A DNA stretch of 53,905 nucleotides from Nemertoderma westbladi (GCA_032718475.1 JAUCBJ010000598.1:1-53905), one strand, 5' to 3'; shown: positions 1 to 13,240, numbered from the stretch's first letter. The notes: a model not told the origin generated them from the sequence alone. Numbers and translations are program-made.

Positions 1-2600
1 TGGACTGCTGGACTCTTCTGCGCCCCCCTGCGACATGTCTGCTTATACCAGAAAGCGGCTATTTCAGGTGTCTTCCCGGTGCGCGCAGCCCACTTTTTTA
101 CAGTGCGGTGGACCCTTTCAACTAGATTGCCAGTTGGGCGGTAAGCGCAAACTGGAATGTGGTCAATCTCCCATAAGTTGAGTAAATCTTTAAACGTCTC
201 GCTTCTAAAAGCTGGACCTTGATCCGATAATACTTCATCCGGTGGACCAAATTCAGTGAATACTTGTTGCATTTCTCTAACCACTGAGTAGGCTTGCATG
301 TTCGGAACTCTTCGGAACATTGTATAATTAGTTGCGCAGTCTATTATACTTAGATAATGACAGTTTCCATATTCAGTGAAGTCCGTTGAAATTCTACGCC
401 ATGCCTCAGTTACTTTTGTCGTCCCAGGTTTCCATTGTATTGGGTTCGGATCTATGCTGTTGCATAGTGTGCATTCAATGCACACCTCACGGATAATATG
501 CCTGGGCACAGGTTCTTTTATAATTCGATCATTTTTGCACAACTCCATTGTCCTCTCGACTCCTTGATGTGCGATTGAATGTAGTTTCTTCACTCTACTC
601 CGCAGAAGTTCTTCTTCCATCCCCACGGCCGCAACGGGTTTCTCTGCATCTTCATGGATACCATCCTTCTGTATTAACTTCAACCAAGGCTTCGGTATCC
701 GGGTCAGTGGGTCAGCGATGTTCTTTTCTGTGGCAACTAACCGCGGAGTTACTTTTAGGTTGTATTGTTCTATGGTATTGGCCAATATATCGAGTCTCCT
801 GGCTATCAGTTTTCGAGACTGGCCCTTTGTTTTAACCCGATGGGAGTCGTTGATTACAGCATGGATCCAACTAAATGCAGTCGCCGAGTCTACGACCAAA
901 TCGAACTCTTTCAACCCCCAGTCAATTGCGAGGTTCACTCCTTCCACTGCGGCATCCAATTCCGCCACGTTGATATGGCTTGTATCTTTTAGTTTGCGGA
1001 GACACGCCATATCTTCTGCTATAACACCGCCCACTTTCAGAACGACTCCTTTAGCGATCGAACTTGAATCTGTCCACACTTCACCCTTGTCGGTTTTAGG
1101 AACCAGCCACTCCCCTGCCGCTGGGTCGTCCGTTTGGATTCGTGTTAAAGTCTCTTGCAGGCGCGCTTTCACTCCATCGCTCACTGGAATGTCCCACCCT
1201 ATTCCAGAGCTGCATCGCTGCAGCCAGGCGCACGCGGGACGCAACCAACCGGCGACCGGGTAGTGCCCCCTGAGTTTTCCACAAATCGCGTGTAGCTGTC
1301 GTCGCGTTAACACATTTGGTATATCGTCTGTGATTGGAGTGTCTCTGGTCCAGTGCAACTTGTTCCAATCCCCTTTATCCATCCGAATACCCAGAACACG
1401 GCTGCCAGCCACGACTGGTTCTGCATCCTTCGTCAGTAAACCATATTTTAGCATGTGTTCCCGGACTGATTCCGTCGTCACGTTGTCAGTATCAACATAA
1501 ATATCGTCTCTGAAATTATCACATGAATCCTTTATCCTATCATCTTGGGCCAGAGAGTGCTCTACAATCTTATCCATAATCTTTGGCGCGACTCCCAACC
1601 CAAAGCCCATTTTCGTTACTACATATCTAATCCCTTTATAGATGACTGTTTGATATGACTGGAGTGATTCTACAATCCCAACCTGCATGTAGGCCCATTT
1701 CAAGTCGATAACCGCGGTGTTATGACCCATTCGCCTCCATTTACGAAGTTTATCGCCACAGACTGCGGCTTCCAGCCCAGGGGAGTTTTCAATATGCGTG
1801 TTGAGTTCTCTATAGTCTAATATCGGCCTCACTCTATTCTTTTTGGGTTCAAACTTTCCCATTAATGGAATAGTTCCCTGTACTTTACCGTGAACTCTTA
1901 CATCGTAAGGTACAATCCATCTCTTCTTTTTCCAATCTTCCATTGCTGTGTCGAACATTTCCTGATGTTCCTCCTTAATTTTATACTGGGAAACATTGTT
2001 ATTAAGTTTGGGGCTTTGCCCGTTCTTCCATTTCCAATTCGCGACCCAGTGATCACCATCATATTCTGCTCGGAAGTGTGATTCTTCTATGACTATTTTT
2101 CCACTGCATGGCTTCGCTCCCGTGACTCGTACCCGAGCGCTGAACTCCTCAGAAGTCGGTGTGTTTATTTTCTCTGCTCTACCCCCAGCGCCAAATACCG
2201 CCTGGGCTAATGTTGGAGCCCCAACTCGTTTTATCAAGTCATGGCCCATAATCAAGCTTCCAGATTCCCCTAGAAGATTTTCGACGACTAAGAACGACCA
2301 CTCAATATCGTGTTTCCTCCCGGCAATCTCGATCAGTGCTAAATGCACCGTCCCCGCAACCCGGCTTTGCGTTTTTCCATCCAACATAGTAATCATAGTT
2401 TGCTGTCCACTCCGGTTTACGCAAATTTTGTTCCTTACGCACCAATCGATTGCCACTAAGCTTCGACTACATCCTGTGTCCACTATAATCTCGGCACCGA
2501 TACTTCCCTGTTTGCCCTTAACGTATATACTAACACTAGGTATTAATTTCGTGGGGAGACGCCCGTGGGCTGCGACAACGTCTCCCCCTGGTAGTTTTCC
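1..2600 (-). CDS. pol: Retrotransposon Pol (protease, RT, RNase H, integrase), -1 frame relative to gag, truncated by the window edge
   Basis: Hand translation gives IIVDTGCSRSLV (protease), RPILDYRELN, IDLKWAYMQ, MGFGLGVAP and NFRDDIY (RT), VWTDSS and HINVAELDAA (RNase H), and PDEVLSDQGPAF (integrase). The PR, RT and IN motifs checked are all in the same frame. Absent from the ORF track, presumably because no stop lies inside the window. Confidence 0.88.
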
Positions 2601-3406
2601 GACTGGTCAGAAAACCCCACAGCTCCGCCTTCTATTCTTCCACCTCTGCAACCTCGAGCAATATGGCCAATCTGGCCGCACTTGTAACACGTCATACTGC
2701 TACCTTCCGACCCGGTTCTCGATCCTCCTTCCGACCCGGTTCTCGATCCTCCTCCGCCCCTTGAACTCTGACTCATACAGTCCCGTGCGAAGTGCCCCGT
2801 CTTCCTGCACCGGTAGCACTCGACCAATTGTTGTCCCGCCCTTCCTCCAGATTCGCGTCGGCTGGGCACCCCGGCTGCTCCGTACCGTTTCTCACCTGAA
2901 CTTCTTTCAACCAGCATTCTTCGCGCCTGTTCCAGTAACTCCTCTACTCTAACCTTACCCGCCATGGCCTTCACTTCCATTCGTATGCAATCCGGCAATC
3001 CGTTTGCGAACTGCACTGCCAGCAAATCCCTCGCACACTGACTTCCGGAATCTATAGTTACTAGCGACAGCAATCGGCGCAGATCTGCCAGGAAGGAATC
3101 GGCGGGTTCATCGCCCAAAATTCTTGATTTGAACTTATCGAAAGCCGCATATGGGGTATCAGCAAATGCAGCGATAAGTTTGCTTTTTATCGCCTCGTAA
3201 TCTCCTTTCTCCGCGTCCGATAACTGCGCAACAACGTCCTGAGCGGCCCCCTTCAACGACAGTCGAAGGTACGTTGCTCGGCTTCCTTCATTGAGTTTCG
3301 CCTCTACCTTAAGGATGTCAAATGTATCTTCAAATGTTGTGAGCCAAGCGCAGGGGTCCCCCGTCCCGTCATAGTTTCGCACATAGTCCGATAATTTCGG
3401 AGCCAT
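2543..3406 (-). CDS. gag: Retrotransposon Gag
   Basis: 287-aa ORF with zinc knuckles CYRCRKTGHFARDC and CYKCGQIGHIARGC, and a gypsy-type capsid N-terminus (YDGTGDPCAWL). Confidence 0.92.
   Translation of the reverse strand: MAPKLSDYVRNYDGTGDPCAWLTTFEDTFDILKVEAKLNEGSRATYLRLSLKGAAQDVVAQLSDAEKGDYEAIKSKLIAAFADTPYAAFDKFKSRILGDEPADSFLADLRRLLSLVTIDSGSQCARDLLAVQFANGLPDCIRMEVKAMAGKVRVEELLEQARRMLVERSSGEKRYGAAGVPSRRESGGRAGQQLVECYRCRKTGHFARDCMSQSSRGGGGSRTGSEGGSRTGSEGSSMTCYKCGQIGHIARGCRGGRIEGGAVGFSDQSENYQGETLSQPTGVSPRN
2553..2600 (-). promoter_or_regulatory. Programmed -1 ribosomal frameshift signal (slippery site plus hairpin)
   Basis: G GAA AAC at 2600-2594, a 6-nt spacer, then the 9-bp stem GGGGAGACG/CGTCTCCCC, located in the gag/pol overlap. 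Confidence 0.75.
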
Positions 3407-5914
3407 GGTAGTATACTATTATCAAATGTCAAATATCAAACAGATACGCCCGGTTAGCTTTCGGCGATAATATAACGGTAAAAACCAAGTGCAAAATATA
3501 TATCTGTCTGTATGTATATTCATAGGCCAGTACCGGTACTTCGTTCGGTCTGCCTAACTGTCTGCACCAGGTAAAAACAACCACCAACTCACAACCGACT
3601 AACAGACTCTCTCATTCCGGTAGGTCCCCCTGATCCCCCTGTAATAGGCCCTACTATCCGCCATTACGCCATACAACAGTCTGACAGATCATTATCCTCT
3701 AGGATCAAAGGGGATCTACAAAAAATATCGAACCAAGTAGATCCAACTGATGGTTCCCCATCACTCATAGAAGTTGTCATGGAATTAAAAAGAAAATTCC
3801 GACCTAAAATCGCAGCTGCATGAATGATGCCTCTTTGAAAGCATAACTTTCAAATGATTCTCTGAGACATGACACAACAATATCTTGTTTCACGGGAATA
3901 ACAGTTTGTAATCAGAAATATTTCAGCATAAAATTCATCATCATTTATTGTTAAATAAATTTTGGAATTAATACAGCAGACGCCATCTATCCATATATTA
4001 GGGCATTAAATATTTGTTGAAACATTCCTGTGAGTATCAATGTCTATTTATACACCTGATGATGGCCCTAGAGGCAGAAATATATTAGATATTATATTAA
4101 TGAGATGGTGTTTTAGAAACGAGGGTAGACCCAAACTCAGACCCATTTGTAATATTTATACATCGCTGAGACTAGAAAACCTCCAAAGGTACATGTCAAC
4201 TACAAAATGTAGTCCTGAGTTCTCCATATAATCCCATATTATATCCAATATTATCCAATTAAATTAAATGACAATTTCGTAGTATAACAGGAGCAGCTGG
4301 TATACTGACCTGCCAAACCATCGCCAAACCATCGCTTAGTTCCTTTGCAGGAACTAAGCATGGTAATCTAAAAATTAAATTATTATCATTAAAACCCAAA
4401 TTAGATAAAGAGTTTGTTTTGTTTTGTAAAACCCAAATTGAAAAAATTGTTTATAAAACATAATAATGCTGCATTGCGTCCCATAGTGAGAAACTTATGC
4501 AATGTTTTCATTTATCTTTCAAATAAATATATTAATATTATTTACTTATGATTAATATACATATACATTTGAAGATACATATGCCTTCGTTAAATAAACC
4601 AAATGTTGTAGCACATTAAGTTCAGCAATAATTTATGAGTTGCTTTTTACAAAATAAAAAAAAAATAAAAATTTAATGTTTTAAGGGGGGTGGGGGGGGG
4701 GGGGTTATTTTGGTATTTGGGTATTTTGGTAATTAAATGTCCAAATCTGAAAACCGCTATTTAATACCTGTTTTACTTTTCATTTTACTTTTCATTGCCT
4801 GTTTTACTTTTTCAAGGATTTCATTTAGAAAGATCTATTGAAATTACTATTACTATAGATATTTGTTGATATTTAATGATATTGTTTTTTGAATTATCAC
4901 ACTGTGCTGCTCGAAAAAGAAGACTGATTGTGCAATATTTTGTTTTGCTATTTTACTAAGTTTAAAATTAAACATTGATTAAGCATAATCTTTTTTAGTG
5001 CATCTGGAGTAGAATTTAATGGTGTTTTCAAATCTGAAAACCGCATAGGGAGATCTATTTTAGTTCCCAAGTTATTGTAGAATATCTGTCTGCCAATCTG
5101 CCTGTCAAAATCTAAGACAGACAGAAAACCGACCGACAGACAGACTAGATCCCAGCAAATATTGAAACTGACATTGGAAATGGAATCAGCGACCCCGAAA
5201 GCCCCATAAATATAATTTTAGCGTGGTGGTGTGCTTCCTTCCTGTCAGACACTATTAACCAAGTAGACCCCATTCAGGTAATTTTGCACAGGAAGGTTTG
5301 AACTTTGAAGACGATTATCTCAGAATGACATTTTTCACACGAAAAAGGGCTATTTCTTTACCGTTTTTTTTTTGGCAATTTTTGCTTTATATATGAAAGG
5401 TAATTTTCTAAGCTTCTATAAATTTCGGACAGTTTTCTTTGATTTCATAATATTTCCCCATTTCATCAACGAATTTTTCTTACAAAATTTTCAATTATCA
5501 GAAATAGAAAATGAAAATACAAAAAGTTACCGAAAAATATGATCAAAAAGAACATGATGGTACCAAAAAATGTGGTATCACGTAATGTTTTTTAGTGAAA
5601 TTTTTAAAATCTCACACAGGCTGCTATGGGGCGCAGGAATATATTTTAATTTTTCTTTACTTATGATGATTCCCGTTTCTATGCTATATAAAACCTAGTT
5701 TTCGATTAATTTTTCAAGCTCATTTGAGATAGGGGACCTAATTAAAAAATAAATAAAATGTGTCACCCCCCCCCCCCCCCCCCCCCCCCTTCAAAATACT
5801 TTACAAAATCAAAATTATTTTTATGTATTATTAACTCATTATTAGTTGAAACGGCTACAGATACATCCACTCCAAACACCATAACAATAACAATAATTTA
5901 TTGATATTATTGAA

Positions 5915-6345
5915 TCAGTTTTTTTTCTTTTGGTTTTATTTGGACCTCCCTTCTGCTCAGCTGTGCTTAATCTCTCCATGGCCATTTTTGCGTCATTTAT
6001 AGATCACTTTCCCTCCTTCCTGGCATGGGTTAGGCACTTCCAGTTGAGCTCCTTTGCTAATGATTCCTTCAAACCAACAGCAGAAACATTTAGGGAGTTG
6101 GCAATTTTTAGGGTCGACATAATCTAATCAGGACCATCTCTTAACAGGGCATCGCCTAACTGGCAAAGTAGCTTGTTTTGATTACTACTCTGGATTAGCC
6201 TAGTTGCTTTTGGGTTTAACTCTTCTGCAAAGATGACCATGACATCTACCCCAGTAGCTATCTTGAATTGTTTTACCTTTCTTTCTATGGCGGATGAATT
6301 TTTATATGAATAGTCAGACAATTTTTTGGTCCTGGTCCTTGGAGA
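5915..6345 (-). pseudogene. Decayed ORF remnant of unknown family
   Basis: Protein-like reading continues in one frame across two in-frame stops (…LLRDGPD*IMSTLK…EGK*SINDAKMAMERL…) within AT-rich flanks. Confidence 0.35.
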
Positions 6346-6736
6346 AATATATTTTATATTAACCCTTTAAATAATTATGCCCCTTTTTTATTATTGATTG
6401 TTTATTATAACAATAATAAGATGTTAGAAATAATTACTACAATGCACCCAATAAATAGCACAGAATTAAATTAAATTAATTCAGTCCACAATTTAGTTAC
6501 CGGTAAACAATGAGTATACAGCCGGTAATTTATTTGTTAGAATATTCCGTGATAAATATTCAAATTCACCACTTGGGTGATACTATTCTGTTCTAATCAC
6601 TACAAGCAATACTACCTACCAATAGAGTAATGATTTACCTCCAATTGGGTTCTGTGTAAGACAGCCCAACTACAGAATAAGGTGATATCTGCAGGGCAGC
6701 TAACTAAGGCTGTAGAATCTATGCAGTAAGCAACCG

Positions 6737-6990
6737 CTTTGCAGGACATTGCTTTCGCCGTGAGCACCAGCCAGTGCATATGGCAGCCTCCTGGAGTGAA
6801 TAAGCATGGTGGACAGCCCATGACTTTCTTGAGACGCATCTTAAAGGACACTGGCCTTGAAGATGTGGATGATCTAGCAAATGTCATGGGTGATACGGAG
6901 TTGTGGCGGTGCAATTTTGTCGATAAGCCGGCACAGCATTCTTAAAAATGCAGCTGCAATGCAGCATGCCGATCCTAGTAGTAGTAGTAC
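6737..6990 (+). mobile_element. 5'-truncated 3' fragment of an RTE-like LINE with a (TAG)n tail
   Basis: Near-identical inverted copy of 7519-7770 (FAGHCFRRE…WQPxGVNKHGGQ), ending CCTAGTAGTAGTAG. Confidence 0.8.
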
Positions 6991-7518
6991 TAGTAAGCAA
7001 CCTTCCTATGTAAGGCGCCCAATCAATAGGATGGGTGGAGGGTATGTAAGCTGTACAATGTTTTCCTATGGAGTATTACAGCCTACTGACTGAGTCGAGG
7101 GAATAAGCCTAAGTTGTCGTCAATGGTTACACAGAGGTAGGACGAGTCATGTGACACAATGTTGCTTGCAGAGACGACAAATAATTCCTCCCAAAATATA
7201 TATTAATTATAATTATAATAATACAGTATATTGGTTTTTGGAATATTACGCTGTCAGAGGTCCAAGTTGTAAATATTGGATCTGAGGGTGAATATGTGAG
7301 CTTAAATATTAATTAACTCAATGATATGTATGTATATCAGTTAAAGGTTCATTGATATTTATTATGAAATAATAATCTTGGAATTAAAACAAATTACAAA
7401 AATTAAATACAAAGCGTTACTTATACCTATAAATAAATAAGCAGTAGTCAAACATAACTCCATGCATGAGTGGCTAAACCTTCTAGCCTTCCCTTTTAGC
7501 CTGAGGATTCCCCCCCAC

Positions 7519-8765
7519 TACTAGGATCGGCATGCTGCATTGCAGCTGGATTTTTAAGAATGCTGTGCCGGCTTATCGACAAAATTGCACCGCCACAACT
7601 CCCTATCACCCATGACATTTGCTAGATAATCCGCATCTTCAAGGCCAGTGTCCTTTAAATGCGTCTCAAGAAAGTCATGAGCTGTCCACCATGCTTATTC
7701 ACTCCATGAGGCTGCCAAAGTACAAGATTTTGCACTGGCTGGTCCTCACGGCGAAAGCAATGTCCTGCAAAGTGGAGGCGATTTTGTTCTAGTGTCAAGC
7801 TTGGGGGAACCAATGAGACACCTCCAATGTTATATAGTGTCTGGTTGAAGATGTGCACATTGTACTTGACACAATGAACCCGGTGTAGCATTCTTGTGAA
7901 TGTGCCATCCAGAGATTTGGTGTCCTCAGCAGTTAGAGCCCAGCATGGACTCCCATAGAGGAGTACTGGAACTACTGCTGCTCTAAATAATCGGACCTTA
8001 AGTGTCCGATTAATTCTTGGTGACTTCCAAATCCTGGAAAGCCTATTCAAGGCTGCCCATGCCTTTCCCTTACGTATTCGAAGGTCCTCACCTGACTTCC
8101 GGATCCATGATCCCAGGTAACAGAAGTCATCCACATGCTCAAGCATACCATCTTTTGAGCTTATGCTCATCTGATCAGAGACTTGCTGAGGACTTTCAAA
8201 GTTAACTGTCAAGATTTTGGTCTTTCTGGAGTTAATATAAAGACCAACACTAGAAGCAGCATGTTCTAATGAGCTGAGGAGCCGTTGGACTCCCTCTAGT
8301 GATTCTGAGAGTACTCCTAAGTCATCAGCAAAATCTAGATCAGTTAGGTACTTGGCAGGATTTCCTCGACTTCTGGAGCCAGTAGGTGGAGTTATCATCA
8401 CCCCATCATCATTATGATGATCTAAGTACATGCATAGAACATAGTCAACAACAATTATGAACAAGAATGGTGCAAGTGTGTCTCCTTGGAGGATGCCCCA
8501 TAAACTTGAAATGGTTCTGTGTCACCGTCAACAGTAGACACAAATGTTGTCGAACCATCGTATACTGATCTGATTGCTGAAAGAATTTCATCAGGAATCC
8601 CATATAATGAAAGTATGCTGAACATACTTAAGCGAGAGACTGAATCAAATGCCTTGAAGAAGTCAACAAAGATAACAGCCAGATGCCTGTCTTTCTTTTT
8701 TGATAACTCTTCAATTATCCTTCTAAGTGCCAAAATGGGCTCCATGGTCCCACGACCTTTATGGA
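7519..8765 (-). mobile_element. RTE-like non-LTR retrotransposon RT fragment, frameshifted and 5'-truncated
   Basis: Motifs FVDFFKAFDSV, LDFADDL, FCYLGS and VPVLLYGS, split over ORFs 8455-8829 and 7655-8464. No endonuclease domain seen. Confidence 0.9.
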
Positions 8766-8910
8766 ATTTATTATATATATAGATTGCCAAACTTTCCAAT
8801 GCAACTTCCACTTTAGTCAGAGCGGGCAATGCTCGACTCCGGCTAGAGCAGTAATATATTTTGAAAATATTTGTAAGATACTTAAAAAATAAATTATGTT
8901 TTCTAAATTT

Positions 8911-9278
8911 TTACTTTCTTATTAAAAGACTATTTGCCTGTTTAAGGGCAAGATGAAACTTCACTTGAAATTTATCACTCAGGTGAATGCCGACCTTGTG
9001 CAGCACTCTACCTTCCAGTTCGGGGTTGGCCAAACCTCTTACACAGAGGCTTGAACCAAAAGAGGTATCACCCAACCATGACATCATCCTACTGTCCTTT
9101 CGGTCTGCACTGAAAGAAGTAGTGCATCTGTTTACACATGGAAATAGCTCCACCCACACAACTTTAGCCCCAGTGGCTTCATGCAGGTCAGATAAACATT
9201 GTCGTAACCTGCTCTCTGTCTCAGAGACAGTGCCACCACCAGAGAGATTATTCCCTCCTAGAGCAGTCCCCATGACTC
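8911..9278 (-). pseudogene. SGNH/GDSL esterase-like domain fragment (probably TE-associated)
   Basis: LGGNNL resembles block III (GxND) and KVGIHL is a degenerate block V (DGxH); KVVWVELFP lies between them at typical spacing. Confidence 0.5.
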
Positions 9279-9844
9279 TTAAAATAAAATAAAAATAATA
9301 TAAGAAGGAAAAGAGAAATAGGCATAGAGTCATGGTTCCTGTTTCTAGTCAAAGCATGTAATGCTCAACTCAAAACTAGAGCAGTCTCCATGCCATGATT
9401 CATAAAATAAAATAAAAATTCATTGTAAGTAGACTAGATGGTTAAAGCTTATCTGCATGAATTTACAGCGTAATCAGTACAAGGTCACAATATATGAAAT
9501 TGAGATTGAAAGAACATATTTTATCAAATGCGCTAACAAACATCATATAGGGAAGATTCTTGAAATCCTCCCAAAATGGTACCTTTCTGGCGTTGCACCT
9601 GGAAGGCAATCTTTGAAATGGTTGATACCTGGCTAATCATGTAACCCTGGCGGTAGTTACGTTCCAGCTGCATGGCATGGATCCCAACCAGTGATCCAAA
9701 ATAGGAACTTCCTCAGTTGGGAACCTAAGGGTCAAACTCAAATGATCTGAGCTTGCCTTTGCAGCTGGTATCACTCCATTTATAAGATGGATCAACACCA
9801 ATATCAGTGATACATGTATTAGCTTCTGGTGAAGCCAGTCACCC

Positions 9845-11348
9845 TTGCCAATTTTGTCAGTGACTGATCTTCATCACTGCTTGAGTCGAATAAACGTTTC
9901 AAGCAAGAAGCAGCTGATGAGAGTATCAACCCTGATGAGATCTACCCTGCAGGGTGAAACAATAGCAGATCTTGATGGTGTTCTTGAGTTACTCTGAGAA
10001 CTGCCAAGGAAATGAGTTATGAATGGCACAGTTAATAGGTTATTCTCACTAACATCTTGAGTGGTCTCAATGTCTACTTCGTCACAATCACTTAGATTTG
10101 GTAATGTGACGTCTCCAGACCTCTCCATGGTGGCAGGGATGTCTATTACCCTTGGAATAGGTGTCGGTACTGTGGATCTGACATTATTGAAGTTTAGGTT
10201 AACTTGAACTAAAGCATTACGAGTTTTAGATATATTATCCTCAGTGGGAATTTTCTGGGATTATCCTGTTTGGGGGCCTCCAAAACCAGGCAGGTTAGTA
10301 AAGGAGCAGGTTACAGAGGCGAGTTGAAAGAAACCAAAACAATAAACGTGAGTGAGGAATGTTGTAGAATAGAAAACCAAATTTAATTGAGAATCAACAG
10401 TCAGATGTATAGACCTACCGGAACTCTGAATAGACTGGAGGCCCCCAAACAGGATAGAGCTGGAATTTTAGTGCGATCTACACATATACCTAGGTTTCGT
10501 AGAAAGTCTGTTGTCAGATCCACAGTACTTTTTAGGGACTTTGAATCAAAAATAGTTTGTGAAAACGATAGAACTTTCTGTTTCATGGATGATGGTTCTA
10601 TAGGCCTAACTATTTCCGCATTTTTGATATGATCTTTGCATTCTGAAAGAGGTATTTCTTTATGTTTGTTGTTGAAGTGCCGCACAGTCAGGTAATGAGT
10701 TTCAACCTTGCATATTGGGCACTTCTTGATTGTTCGGTTTAAAGTATTTCATTTTCGTTTTAGTTTAAGTTTCAATGATTGCGAATTAAGGCGACGGGCT
10801 CGTTTGTTGGATGATGATTCACTATCATCAGAATCCGATGATGATAAATCCATTAGGGAAGATGAGAGAAAACACCATGAGAAGCGGGAGAAATCCGTAA
10901 GGATAAAGAAACTAGGGGAGAGAGGATCGTCACATCGGATGAAGCGATCGGCATCAGGAAGAGATAGCAATTTCAGTGAGAGCAGCAGTGGGACTGATGA
11001 AGAGGAGGATACGATACCCCTGTTGGAAGACAAGAATCCTTGGCAGACCTGCCTTCTGAGTACTGGCAGATATAGAAACTGATTATATATCTTAAGGGTG
11101 GCAAACATACAGTCACATTATCACAGCGCTGTGCACTTTGCTTAACTTCAACCTCGGTGGGTAGGAGACATATCAGTTTGCTATACGAGAGGTTGGAGGT
11201 GCTTCTTATTCTCCTGGAGACTAAGATATTTGATGTCAAATTATTGGTGCATTAATGATTCTCAAAGAGATCTCATGAAATGTTCAGATTCGCAAAGAAA
11301 TTACTGATCTAGGTGGTCTACAGTCTATATCAGATGGTATCATCAGTT
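9845..11348. repeat. Local segmental duplication, copy A (together with 8770-8838)
   Basis: Near-identical to 11726-13240; the paired ORFs in the track (9874/11643, 10387/12267, 10708/12689) are almost the same. Confidence 0.92.
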
Positions 11349-11654
11349 CCAATAACAAAGAGTTGAAGTGCCTTGCTCAGAAACCATAACGAATATAGCA
11401 AGGTTTAAATCAGGATCTGTAAATCAGTGCGAACCTATGGTGGTATTGCAAGTTTAGTGAAGTTAATGGACATCCCTTGATTACCCTGGTGACAGACCAG
11501 GTTGGAGAGGCGATTCAAGTGACAGACCAGGTGGGAGTGACAGTTTAAGTGACTAACCAGTTGTACTGGTACACTAACCTATGTATTTTTTTTGGTTTTT
11601 ATTTTTTTTTAGTAAATAGGCCTACAATGTACCACTACTTACTTAAATAACTAT

Positions 11655-13240
11655 TATATATATAGATTGCCAAACTTTCCAATGCCACTTCCACTTTAGT
11701 CGGAGCGGGCAATGCTCGACTCGACTTGCCAATTTTGTCAGTGACTGATCTTCATCACTGCTTGAGTCGAATAAACGTTTCAAGCAAGAAGCAGCTGATG
11801 GAGTATCAACCCTGATGAGATCTACCCTGCAGGGTGAAACAATAGCAGATCTTGATGGTGTTCTTGAGTTACTCTGAGAACTGCCAGGGAAATGAGTTAT
11901 GAATGGCACAGTTAATAGGTTATTCTCACTAACATCTTGAGTGTTCTCAATGTCTACTTCGTCACAATCACTTAGATTTGGTAATGTGACGTCTCCAGAC
12001 CTATCCATGGTGGCAGGGATGTCTATTATCCTTGGAAGAGGTGCCGGTACTGTGAATCTGACATTATTGAAGTTAAGGTTAACTTGAACTAAAGCATTAC
12101 GAGTTTTAGATATATTATCCTCAGTGGGAATTTTCTGGGATTATCCTGTTTGGGGGCCTCCAAAACCAGGCAGGTTAGTAAAGGAGCAGGTTACAGAGGC
12201 GAGTTGAAAAGAACCAAAACAATAAATGTGAGTGAGGAATGTTGTAGAATCGAAAACCAAATTTAATTGGGAATCAACAGTCAGATGTATAGACCTACTG
12301 GAACTCTGAATAGACTGGAGGCCCACAAACAGGATAGAGCTGGAATTTTAGTGCGATCTACGCATATACCTAGGTTTCGTAGAAAGTCTGTTGTCAGATC
12401 CATAGTACTTTTTAGGGACTTTGAATCAAAAATAGTTTGTGAAAACGATGGAACTTTCTGTTTCATGGATGATGGTTATGTAGGCCTAACTATTTCCGCA
12501 TTTTTTATATGATCTTTGCATTCTGAAAGAGGTATTTCTTTATGTTTGTTGTTGAAGTGCCGCACAGTCAGGTAATGAGTTTCAACCTTGCATATTGGGC
12601 ACTTCCTGATTGTTCGGTTTAAAGTATTTCATTTTCGTTTTAGTTTAAGTTTCAACGCGATGGCGAATTAAGGCGATGGGCTCGTTGGTTGGATGGTGAT
12701 TCACTATCATCAGAATCCGATGATGATAAATCCATCAGGGAAGATGAGAGAAAACACCATGAGAAGCGGGAGAAATCCGTAAGGATAAAGAAACTAGGGG
12801 AGAGAGGATCGTCACATCGGATGAAGCGATCGGCATCAGGAAGAGATAGCGATTACAGTGGGAGCAGCAGTGGGACTGATGAAGACGAGGATACGATACC
12901 CCTGTTGGAGGACAAGAATCCTTGGCAGGCCTGCCTTCTGAGTACTGGCAGATATAGAAACTGATTATATATATATCTTAACGGTGGCAAACATACAGTC
13001 ACATTATCACAGCGCTGTGCACTTTGCTTAACTTCAACCTTGGTGGGTAGGAGACATATCAGTTTGCTATACAAGAGGTTGGATGGTTGGAGGTGCTTAT
13101 TATTCTCCTGGTGACTAAAGATATTTGATGTCAAATTATTGGTACATTAATTATTCTCACATAAATCTCATGAAATGTTCAGATTCGCAAAGAAATTACT
13201 GATCTAGGTGGTCTACAGTCTATATCAGATGGTGTCATCA
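11655..13240. repeat. Local segmental duplication, copy B (lacks ~1 kb present in copy A)
   Basis: 11655-11722 matches 8770-8838 and is joined directly to sequence matching 9845 onward. Confidence 0.9.

Larger units (their letters stand above)
1..3678 (-). mobile_element. Ty3/gypsy-type LTR retrotransposon, 5' part (runs off the left edge); the LTR start at ~3678 is tentative
   Basis: Gag with two CCHC knuckles followed by pol in the order PR-RT-RH-IN. TGTTG on the minus strand at 3678 is a possible LTR start; the second LTR is not in the window. Confidence 0.88.

Noticed and set aside
376-2952. Plus-strand ORFs up to 287 aa
   Set aside because: Antisense shadows of gag-pol with no recognisable motifs.
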